A stretch of 64,000 nucleotides of DNA from Amoeboaphelidium protococcarum X5 (lineage: Eukaryota; Fungi; Aphelidiomycota). Below, piece by piece: positions 53,978 through 64,000 of this stretch; positions within the stretch are counted from its first letter, which is position 1, and each line of letters begins with the position of its first letter. Location: NCBI GenBank assembly GCA_023515725.1, contig JALDTO010000155.1, positions 717,147-781,146 of the forward strand, given 5' to 3'. The notes beneath the pieces are model-generated. The model was given only the letters and a program-made list of their open reading frames with translations. It was not told the DNA's origin and ran no database searches. The position numbers and the translations under genes are program-made.

Positions 53978-54343
53978 ATGAGTCTGTAAACGAGAAATTC
54001 ATTTCTTGAACTTAATTACGTTGCTGAATATTATTGCATTTTACGCCAATATCACAAATTGATTGATTTGGATAAGTTCAAACAGTGACACGAGATGTTC
54101 GACTTGAACTCATCGACGGCACAAACATAGAAAACACCATGATAATCGTTACTGTATTGTGGCTGCACATAGACGACTCAGTCGTTGGGTCTTTCTTTTC
54201 AGGAGTTCTGGTCCTTTACCTGCCCACAATGACTTGAGCGCCTAACAGACATGTTCTGTCCGCCCGATGACCTCACTTTTCATTGACTGGGCTCATCCTT
54301 CGGCGTCTGCGCGTGGGAAAAAGGGGGAATATTGAGCAGGATC
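53978..54343 (+). ncRNA. Candidate Fanzor omega-RNA scaffold (element right end)
   Basis: Stems: TTGAACTTA 54006-14 with TAAGTTCAA 54073-81; GCCCA-CAATGA 54222-32 with TCATTG-AC-TGGGC 54280-92; GCTCA-TCCTTC 54291-301 with GGGGGA...TGAGC 54323-37; GGTCCT 54210-15 with AGGATC 54338-43. Position matches TnpB/Fanzor omega-RNAs. Confidence 0.6.
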
Positions 54344-54643
54344 TGCAGCAGCGGCTATACCTCGTTCCCATATCCTCCATTCATTGGACGTTTCACTCCG
54401 GCTGCGTGTCCAAATCTGAAGAGATGTAGAAATTCTTAGATTCGTAACTTGACTCCATTTGGCAGACCAACCTTTGTACAATCTGGCCCATCTGGTTTGA
54501 TTTGCATCTATGGTTCCAATGCGAGTGCTTGCCAGTTTGATGCTAGCTCTTAGTTCTGCGCGTTCCTGACTCTGAACAAGTATTTCGGTCCTGATAGAGT
54601 TGTGACTGGACCTACTGGACAGGCTACTCTTATGGGTTGTTGA
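54344..54643 (+). pseudogene. 5'-truncated copy 2 of the secreted 6-Cys protein
   Basis: Near-identical to 50093-50372 from FPYPP onward. No ATG or signal peptide: the upstream in-frame TGA is at 54284, inside the element end. Confidence 0.85.
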
Positions 54644-54916
54644 TTGTAAAATGGCGATGTAGCACGATACATGAATATCGATGAATGATGATTAAATTGC
54701 AATGTAGAAACTTGATTTAAAACTTTGTCTTTAGCGCGTTTTATCTTTCGATTGCTTTATAGTTTATTTACCATACTGGATTGCAATAACGAAAGCTCTA
54801 TTGACACAAAACATCTAGAAATTTTAAATCCAGTAGACCGTCACAAAAAATCAATTTAGCTTTTTCCGAATTGGTATACAATCAAACTGGCCAGAAAATT
54901 GCGATGATTTCCAGTG

Positions 54917-54988
54917 TCTCCAATAGCATAGTGGTAATGCGTCTCACTTGTAATGAGAAGATCCTTAGTTCAATTCTGAGTTGGAGCA
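54917..54988 (+). tRNA. tRNA-Thr(UGU), intronless, with U1-C72 mismatch
   Basis: Acceptor (T)CTCCAA/TTGGAG(C), D-arm GCAT-AGTGGTA-ATGC, anticodon arm TCTCA-CTTGTAA-TGAGA, T-arm CTTAG-TTCAATT-CTGAG, followed by an oligo-T Pol III terminator. Confidence 0.92.
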
Positions 54989-55177
54989 TTTTTTTGCCAC
55001 TTTGATTTTAACAACAAAGCATCATTGATGAACATTGATCTCATCAGAACCAGTTCTGTGATATATCAATCACTTTATAAGCTTATATCCATGCTATATT
55101 TCCCTCTTCTCTCTATCCGTGTACCGCTTGTCTCAACTTCAACAATAATAGTTATAAGAATAACACTTTTAAATAAA

Positions 55178-55474
55178 ATGGTCAGCTATATCTCTGTTGT
55201 ATTGTCTACTCTGGTGGTTGTGGCATACGCGTTTGTCCCTTCTCAGTGCCCAACACTAAGTCAATGCAGTAATCCTTAGATCAATTAATTGGGTCAGCCG
55301 ACATTTGTTTCAAGCGCTCCTGCTGGTCTGATCTGCATCTACGGTAACAATACCAATTCCTGTCTGTTCAGTGTTGCGTCTCAATTGTGTGCATTCCAGA
55401 CACAACGCGTCTATCTGGGTCCTGAGAATATCACATTGACTCCTGATGGTTAAGTTCAATTGAAAGGATGCTGA
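55178..55474 (+). CDS. Small secreted 6-Cys protein (family copy 3, no repeats)
   Basis: MVSYISVVLSTLVVVAYA-FVPSQCPTLSQCSNPQINQLGQPTFVSSAPAGLICIYGNNTNSCLFSVASQLCAFQTQRVYLGPENITLTPDGQVQLKGC; all six Cys align with copy 1. Confidence 0.85.
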
Positions 55475-55732
55475 ATTCCCATGAAATGAGAATCACTTGC
55501 AGTAATAAAAATATTGAAAATTAGATATAATAGACTTTATGAATATGACATATTGGCGCGTCATTTACTCTTGAAGTTGTCTATCTTCATCGTCTTGAAA
55601 CGAAAAACAGATTTCCTTCAAACGGCCGTCTCTTCACAGTTAAAAATCTCTTCACGCGACTCATTTCTTCCTAAAACAATCACTGTTAGTAATTTAACTC
55701 AACTTATCTATCATCTTGATAAATAATTGATT

Positions 55733-58700
55733 ATGGCAGAGGAGTAAGATTTTACAAAGCTTCCTCTGGATTAGTTACTTAGTCATAAACTTTGGAAAGC
55801 TAGAGTACAGGGCTATGAGCAACTGTCTCAGGTAGTTTTGAAAGATGGTAAAATCCCGCCATTTGCATTGGATGTCATTAAGACGTGCTGTGGTGATAGT
55901 AATGTTGCTGCTCAAGAGTCTGCTCTTTAGTTACTGCTTTCCATTATTCAAGTGGATGAGGTTCATCCAATCTTGTTAAAAATGCGTGTTCATATTTCCA
56001 AACTCATTGTGGATAAATGCTTAAAAAGTCCTCGAGCCTCTTTGCGGTAAAAGTCTGCAGATTTACTACTGGCTTTAATTGATCTTGACACTCCAGATGC
56101 TATTGTGGAAGTCATCATAGAAGGTACCGGGAGCAAGTAGCCGAAAGTGGTTTGCGCGTGTCTAGCTATACTGAACGACATTGTAAAGTTTTACGGGTCG
56201 TAGACTGTGGATTGTAAACCAATATTCAAAGTCTTGCCACAGATGTTTGCTCATTCCGATGCTTTGGTCCGCAATGAGGCTTAATAGCTCGCAGTCTCGA
56301 TATTTCAGTGGATTGGTCTGAAGCCATTTGAATCTGTTCTATATCCACTATTAAAGCCTGTACAAATGTCTTAGCTCAATGAAGCATTCGATACTGTTAA
56401 AGATGTAAAGTTGGTTCAGACTAGATTTCTCAATAAATAAAAGGATCGCTAATAGACAGTATAAAGTGGCGATGATATTTAAATTGACGTTGATTAGGAA
56501 GCTGTTGGTGGTGAGTAATAGAGCGATTAACTAGCGGAAGAATTGGATTTCACTGAGCCTGTAGACGTTCTGAGTAATGTTCCCGCTGATATTGAAGATT
56601 AATTGAGTTAGATCAAGTGGAAAGATAAGAAAGAGGCTTTGGATAATCTCTGTAAAATTCTTGATGCACCAAAGTATGTTAAAGGGAATTTTCATCCACT
56701 TCTGAGCGTGTTATGTAAGAAGGTTGGAGATATCAATATTGCAGTTGCGGTAAGTGCTATTTAATGTGTGGAAAAAATTGCCAGCGGATTAAAATAAGAT
56801 TTTCCATAGTTTAAGAATGATGTAAAGTAATCTTTATTGGATCGGTTGAAAGAGAAGAAGTAGAATGTCATCTAAGCTCTGAGATTAACATTAGATGCGG
56901 TGTATCAGTTTTGTAAAGATGTAGATGTTTTTGCAGATATTATACCATATCTTGGTAATAAAGTTCCTTAAGTTCGCTCAGAAGTACTTCTTGTCTGTGT
57001 CAGGTATGTTCAGGGTCATAAACTAACAATGTAAAGAGCTGATGCAAAGCAATTTATACCGCCAGTCGTTTAATGCCTAGATGACGCGACACCGGAGGTT
57101 AGAGATGCTGCTGCTGAGGTTCTTGGCTCTTTGCAGTCTAAGCTAGCCTCCGGACTTTTATAGCCTTATTTAGATGGTTTGGACTAGATTAAGTTGGACA
57201 AGATTAAAAGCTTTGGATCCTAAGCTTAGTAGTATTAGTAGACTGTTGTCCCTAAAAATGCTCCTTCTTCTACCTCCTCTACTTCAGGAAAGTTGTCACA
57301 GGGTAAAGAGAATTCTCTTCCTCAATCTAGTATTAACCGTGCATTGAAAAGTAAGCCTGTTAGTTTAACTGCGGTGTCTGCTGGGAAGTTCAATGTTGCG
57401 AAAGTTAAAACATCTACTGTTGTCACAAAGAAGTCAAAATCTTAGTCTTAAAATTCAACTTCTCCTCCTGCAAAGTAAAAGTCGCGATAATCTATTGGTG
57501 GAAGTTAAGCTGTGATGATGTCCTGGACAGAGGAAGATGCAAAAGAAGAAGGTCTCAAATACTTTTAATCGTTTGATGCTAATTTAGGTAGCTCTAACTG
57601 GAAAGAGAGATTAGAAGCTGTATCTCTCTTGCTTGAATTTGATCATGCTTAATCATTGAAAGATGTCAAAGCACCTGTGGAATTGCTCTTCAAGTATCTG
57701 GAGGCAAAGGCTGTTTGGACAGATTCAAATTTTCAAGTTATGAGTAAGCTGTTTACATTGTTTAAGGAATTAGCGCAACGCGAATAGGCACCTATGGTTG
57801 ACCGTGCGGCTGCTTCTCTGTGTGTACCTTTACTATATGACAAGATTGGCGATATTAAGTTGTAGAAGGTCTCTGTTGAAGCTTTGAATTCAATTATGGA
57901 GCAATGTGGTTGTGGTTTTGTTTTATCAATTCTACCTACGTCGCTGAAAAAGTAGAAATCGCCAAAGTACATTGCGGAACTATTAAAGTTTGCATCAAGT
58001 GCTCTAAATGATTTTGGACTCACCACCGACTTGGATTTAGTTTCATTGGTTGCTGCAATGAAGGAATGTATTGGTAATGCTAATGCATAAGTAAGAACAG
58101 CTGCGCTTGGGCTTGCAAGAACTTTGAGAATATTCGTCGGGCCTGATATTACATCTATGCTTGATGGTCTGGGCGCCTCATAAATGTCTCTTCTGTAGGC
58201 AGAATTCGATAAGGTTGTTGACGTCGCAAAGCCAGAGCCGACTAAATTGTAAAAGTCGTCTTCTATGAATGTAGACTCTGCCTCTTCTGCTGTAGATTTG
58301 ACTTAATTAGTACCTCCCAAAGATATTATGGCTCTTTTACCTGATACTGTGATATAAGATCTTGCGGATAGTAACTGGAAGGTTCGGAAAGAAGCTCTTG
58401 ACTCCATTCAAGACATTTTGAAGACGTGTTCAACCATAGTTCTGCCTCCTGCAGATTTTATTGAGAATGTTTTTGCACTAATGAAGGATCATAACAAGAA
58501 TTTAGTGATCCAAGTGTTGGATATCATTGGTAAATTGTCCGCAGCTGCTTCCAAGTAGATATTTAATCTTGTCAAGTCTCAATTTGAGTCCATTATCGCA
58601 AATTACACGGACAAGAAGTAGGCAGTTAAAGTGGCTGTATCTGAGTGTTTGGTTGCTTTGATTTCGGCTTTCAAAACTGTTCAAGTTAAAGAGCTATTCC

Positions 58701-61240
58701 ATGCTGGTTTGCAGAATAACTCGGGTATCATTAGAAAGGAGATTCTGGACGTGCTTGTAGATCGCAAGGAGTTGTGTACAGCTTTAGATGCCTCAACTCT
58801 AGTGTCTGCAGTTGTAAGCTGTCTTGGGGATAAGTAAGTTGATGTTCGTCAGTCGGCTTAAAAGTTTACTCAATCAGTTTTAAAGTCGATTTTTGATGCT
58901 AAAACTCTGCTCAATCTATTTTCAAAGTTCAAAGCTGATAAGAATGCTCTGGCCTTGCTGGCTGGTGATTCTAAACTTGCCAAAACTGCCCCTGCTAGCC
59001 CACAGTCTGCAAGGAAGATATCGCAGCCTGCACTAAAAGCAAAGACTTTGCAATCGTCCATTTCTACCAAGTCGTTAGCCTCTGTCAGTCGCAATATTTC
59101 AAGCACGTCTATATCCCTGAAAGCATCGTCCGTAGATCTTGCTTAGTCTAGTGGAGACGAGTATCCATTTATTGATTTAGGTTCCGATTCCAAATAGTAG
59201 AGGATGCTGTAAGAACGCAGCAATTCTTAGAGATGGTAATCTACCCAGAGCTAGGCGGAGTATATAGAATAGTTGCAATCTGCTTGCAGTCAGGCGTTTT
59301 CCGAGGATTTAACGAAGTTGCTATTTGATAAGGGACACTCTCAAGATAAAAGCCATATGGCAGCGGTCAACATTATAGATAAAGCGCTAAGTTTTGATAC
59401 TGAATCTGCATGGAGTGCGGAATATTCCATTTAGTAGCAATAGTCATTAGCATTGAATGTGTCGGATCTCATTCTAAAGTATGTAAGCGTTAGGCTTAAT
59501 GACACCAATACCGTGATGACTATTAAATGCTTGGAGATTGTTTAGAAAATTGTAGATCTGATGGAATAAGCTGATAATTATCGCGTTACTGATTATGATA
59601 TTGATTGCATCTTCTCTGCTCTGAGTTCAAAGCTTGGTGATGCTAAAGAAAATATTCGCTAATAATCGCGCACTATCGTCCGTAAGATTGGCATTCTTTA
59701 TCCTGCAAGCAAGTGTATGCCTTATCTGATTCAGGCCTTAGAGTCCAAGAATGCTAGACAGCGGGCCGAGTGTTTGGAGGAGATTAGGTATTTTATTCAG
59801 AGAAATGGAGTCCAAGTTTGCAATGCATCCAAGCAGTTTCCTTTAGTTGCCGTGTTGTTGTCCGATAGAGACTCCACTGTCCGTAGTGGGGCCATAAACT
59901 TTTTTGTCGATATGTATGAGCATTATGCAGATGAAATGTTCAAGTACATGGGTGAAATATCTGCTCGAGAGAAATCATTCATCATGGATCGATTGAAAAG
60001 AAAAGATGGCAGTAAGTAATCTTTGCCTGTGCATTAGTCGCCAACACCTAAATCCCCATCTCAGAGGTTGAAACTTTAGAAAGAGCAGCCATAGCAGAAT
60101 TCCACGTAATAGTAGAAAGTTCAATAGCAAGATTAGTCATAGTTGCCAATGCCAGCTTCAATTCTCAGGAAGCCATCAGTGTCGTAATATGTCAGTTCTA
60201 TGGAAGAAAATGCTCCTACAGAGATTGTGTAATAGGTTAAGCAAGAGGTGCAGGTGCGCACTCCTGTTAAGCGATTCAGTCTAGAATTCTCCAAATTGAA
60301 TCTCAACTCGCCATCGTAGGCTGCAATCAATTTTAAACAGGCAGATACTCTACAACAAGCTACTTAACAAGATGATGGTAAGCTGGGCTACATGATGGAT
60401 TTTATGCTGGTATAAATTACAAGCGGTGATGTATTGCAAGCCATTAGCGCCTTAAAGTAGTTGGAGCAGTACATTCATGAATCTCCGCGTACTATCGAAT
60501 CTTACATGGATCGTCTGACTATAGCTCTAACTCTTCAGGTTCGTTTGGCGTTCACTTCCCCGATGTGGTAGACCAACTAGGATCATGTAAATCTAATTCG
60601 ACTGTGTAAGCACCTTATCAACTCTCTCGTTCAGCTATTCTCTAATCCTTAACTGGCCAAGTCAACCACGCGTGAGTCTTTGCAGCCGTTGATATAAGAG
60701 TTGCTTTTACATCTGACAGATCCCCTGCATGGTGTCGGCCAAGATGTTGAAGAGGCTAGCAGTTAGTTGACGCGAGCACTAAATGTTCTCATGCTGCGTA
60801 TTCTGGATAATTGTGATAAGAATGACGTGTTCAAGATACTGTTTAATCTTTTGGAGAATAGTGTGGATGCGATTGATAGTGGCCGATAGACGGGTAGTGC
60901 CAAATTTGGAGAATTGGTCATGAAATGTATCTGGAAGTTGACTAAAGTACTGAAGGATGTCATTATAAGTGGCGGTATTGATGTATAAGTGCTACTGCTC
61001 AACTTGCACAATTTCTTTACCAAAACACCGCCTAATGAGTGGAAGAAGCGTGCGATAGATTAGAAGTTGCTTGGTGATATGCCTTACAGAACTATCAAGA
61101 CTATTATACATGAGATTGTGATCGCTCTCGGTGATCAAGCATTAGCGATGATGCGTGGGATGGTGGAAATTAATAATGTTGAAAGAAGCGTAGTTTATGG
61201 ATACTTGGTTCAAATGAATCAGTATCGCAGCAAAGAATGA
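55733..61240 (+). CDS. STU2: XMAP215/ch-TOG microtubule polymerase with multiple TOG domains
   Basis: MAEEQDFTKLPLDQLLSHKLWKARVQGYE, TOG starts KWKDKKEAL, NWKERLEA and NWKVRKEAL, ESKNARQRAECLEE and C-terminal LTRALNVLMLRILDNCD...LVMKCIWKLTK; 1836 codons in table 6. Confidence 0.93.
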
Positions 61241-61293
61241 TCAACTTACACCAATGTATAAGGAAAACTATATTACTTTAATCATGATCAAGT

Positions 61294-62847
61294 TCATTTC
61301 CATACTTTTAGCGTCTGATCAGCACTTCCAGAGACTAAATAATTACTGATCAAGTCCATAGATGTGCCATTAGATGAACTCTACCGCCTCCTATCCGTTT
61401 AGTTGAACATCAATTATCTATTTACCGGATAGAAAGGACAATGTGCCAGACAAGTAACAAACTATAGGTGCTCATTAATTACTCGTACACAACGACCATT
61501 TTTGAGATCCCAGAAGCGCACAGTCTTATCATCGGATGCAGATACCAAATAAGGAATTAATACTTGCTTACTACTAACACTGGACTCCTTGACAGAGACG
61601 GTATAAAAATCCAGTGCTCGCACCCAATTCTCGTGCCCCTTAATAGTATACACACATTCCCCACCAGATTAGTAGATGCTCCAAATCTTGATCAACTTGT
61701 CCCTAGATGCAGATACTATAAACTATTACTTATCAGCTGAATCTTCATTATCTTTATCATTGGATCTAAACTATTAACCACCACTTGCAATCAGTTCATG
61801 GATCAAGCTGTTAGCTGTGTGAGGTATAAATTAGACATCCTCAACCACGTTAGAGTGACCATACATTTCATCAAACTTCACCTGACCATCCGTGGTGTCT
61901 ATTAAAGTCAGAGTTTAATCATTTCCACCACAAACTAATAATTTACCATCTGCAGACACGTCCATACACCGGATCCATTAATCAGATTACTTTTAGGGTA
62001 ATCGGAATACATTCAAGCAGAATCCGGTAGAGATATTCCACTTGCGGATAGTTTTATCACGAGAACATGAATACAAAAGTTGACCATTTAACTACTATTG
62101 CTATTGAGGACACATTAAAACTCTAGATACACTATGATCATGTCCATATAAAGTCCTCACGCAACTCCAAGGGTTATTGTTGTTGTTGGTCTAATCCCAT
62201 ATCTTGATTGTAGTATCTGCAGATCCGCTTATAAGAAATCTAGACTTCTACTACCGGGACTATGTATTATCATCAGATACTATAGCAAAAGACTAATTCA
62301 ATATAGTATCTTGATTGAATGTTAGAGAAGTGACGCCTTTAGTGTGACCTTTAAGAGTCTGAATGAGCTCACCATCATTGTCCAAATCGAAAAGTCGTAT
62401 CATGCAATCTTCATTACCACATGCAATGATCGAGTGCTGATAATCTACAGCGACACAATTAACACTAGACTTGGTATTAAGTGTTAGTTGACTCTATGAT
62501 TTAGGAAGTTTTTATAATGGATTAGTGGTATTCTTCGAGGGAGTTAATGATGATGATAGTGCAGAACCATTATTATTACTATTCTGCATTTCAATCTACT
62601 ACTGCATTGATGGTGGAAGGGAACGCAATACTTCTTCCAGTTCCAACACCTTCCTCTACAATCTCAGTGTTGATGTCCATTTCCTTTCCAATAACTATCT
62701 ATATTATGGCTATATCTCTTCATCTAATCCAATTCCAGTCGCCTCTCTAAACTATTTACCAACCTGAGGAAGACTGAGTTGGTTCTCTAAATACTCACAT
62801 ATAGCCAGATTCAACTCTTTCTACTAAGTCTGTGTCAGCAAAGACAT
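61294..62847 (-). CDS. PAC1: LIS1/NudF dynein regulator (LisH, coiled coil, WD40)
   Basis: MSLLTQTQQKELNLAICEYL, LLERKWTSTLRLQRKVLELE, TLKGHTKGV, GHDHSVS, SASRDKLIKIW, GHENWVR and SGSADQTLKVW. Confidence 0.92.
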
Positions 62848-63071
62848 GATCTCCTTTAATCTTTACAGTATTAGAATTGCGAAATGTGGATATAAAGTGT
62901 AATGATAGATGGTATTAAGAGCAGTGATATTATATTAAGTTTACGCGTTCTTTTCAACGTCGCGTGTTTTTAATTGAAATGAAGAAGAGAAAGGCAACTG
63001 AAGAACTTCAGAAATGATGTACTGTAAATAGCCTTGACCAAGAGAATTTAACTACAATAATTGTTTGTAAT

Positions 63072-64000
63072 TCATTGATTGTTTAAATATTTATCACGAT
63101 TATGATTATGAGCATTCTGTCCATCATTTGAATCCTCAGCGGAATTGAAATCGCGCTAATACAACTCTTCAAATTGACTCTTGAGGACACAGCTGGCAAC
63201 GAATGAGAATCCATGAAATGTATCGTCTTGAGCCGCCATTATATTAGAGTCTATTCCAGGATTCTGAGATGAGTTGAGAATATCCAGAGCTTACTATTGC
63301 TGATTCTGTTACTAATCGCGGAGTGGCTGAGCAGATGATTTCTATTACTACTACCACTGTTAATAATTCAGTAGTTCCGAGTCTGCGATGGGAGAATCAA
63401 CCACAGGCATCTGGGTAAATGTCGAGTGAAAGTTGTTGACATCTTCATCCGTTCTTAGGATGGGTACAATAGGAGGTTTAATCTTCTTCTATAGCAGTTT
63501 CTGAAAATCCATATGTCTGAACCATTAGTGCTTCTTAATAGCATCTGCATCCTCTGGTCCATATCCTAGTCTAACAGTTGGTCTCTTTTTTAACAGTTTA
63601 GTAATCAGGTCCCGCGCAGAGCTGGATAAGTAACTAGGCAGTACCAACTTCTTGTTCAGAATCATATCGATAGTCTTCTTTCGATTATTGGATGTAAATG
63701 GAGGAGATCCGGTGAGCATATCGAATATCAGAGCACCTAAAGACCACCAGTCCACACTCTTCTCATATGGCATATTGGCCAGTACTTCACACGCCATATA
63801 CTCCACAGTGCCCGCCATGGTGGATGTCTTGCCATCATCACCCACGGCCACTTTACTCAAACCAAAATCGGTCAGTTTCAGGTAACCATCTCTGTCCAGC
63901 AGGACATTCTCCGTCTTCAAGTCACGATAGATTATACCAAGAGAATGTAGGTGACCAAGCGCTAGTAAGAGACAACTGGAGAAAAATATTGCCTCATCCT
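63072..64000 (-). CDS. AGC kinase, p70 S6K/Psk1/Ypk3-like (5' part outside the window)
   Basis: IIYRDLKTENVLL, DFGLSK, AGTVEYMA, VDWWSLG, SNNRKKTIDMIL, PPIVP and hydrophobic motif FHGFSFVA. Confidence 0.9.

Larger units (their letters stand above)
50600..54343 (+). mobile_element. Degenerate tyrosine-recombinase + Fanzor1 transposon (left boundary approximate)
   Basis: YR relic followed by a Fanzor ORF and a structured right end that abuts a 5'-truncated host gene. Similarity between the flanks of secreted-gene copies 1 and 2 stops near 50600. Confidence 0.7.

Noticed and set aside
50600-54343. Terminal inverted repeats or target-site duplication for the element
   Set aside because: None found by eye; the left end and the 5' half of gene copy 2 appear to be deleted, so boundaries cannot be fixed from this window.
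54917-54988. Suppressor-type tRNA-Gln(UUA/CUA) explaining the code
   Set aside because: The anticodon loop reads CT-TGT-AA, which is Thr.
55733-62847. Functional cluster of microtubule genes STU2 and PAC1
   Set aside because: Two convergent neighbours in a dense genome can occur by chance; no synteny evidence is available.
64-64000. Mass pseudogenisation suggested by the many in-frame TAA/TAG codons
   Set aside because: The codons sit at conserved Gln positions of essential genes, frames are otherwise intact and end in TGA, so this is code reassignment.

Overview
Gene-dense, intron-poor eukaryotic (fungal-like opisthokont) genomic DNA in which TAA and TAG encode Gln and TGA is the only stop, so the standard-code ORF track chops nearly every gene into pieces. 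Fungal-type proteins plus TAR=Gln point to an aphelid such as Amoeboaphelidium protococcarum (inference). Re-read with translation table 6, the window holds about 30 genes: MIR1, a WDR44-like gene, SNF2/STH1, a tetraspanin-like gene, NCS6, a cyclin, SNU23, an SDR, PRE6, a SAC1-like phosphatase, an FAD monooxygenase, two tandem SWEETs, a FAXDC2-like hydroxylase, PCP1, CNS1, PDB1, MRC1, BLI-3, a FYVE-less FAB1-like kinase, YND1, CWC23, STU2/XMAP215, PAC1/LIS1, a partial S6K-like kinase and tRNA-Thr(UGU). The main discovery is at about 50.6-54.3 kb: a decayed mobile element with a tyrosine-recombinase relic, a Fanzor1 (eukaryotic TnpB-like RNA-guided nuclease) ORF written in the host code with its RuvC D-E-D triad still visible, and a structured ~370-nt omega-RNA-like right end. 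That end abuts a 5'-truncated member of a three-copy family of small secreted 6-Cys proteins. All coordinates and translations were done by hand and all protein identities are from motif recognition, not database searches.
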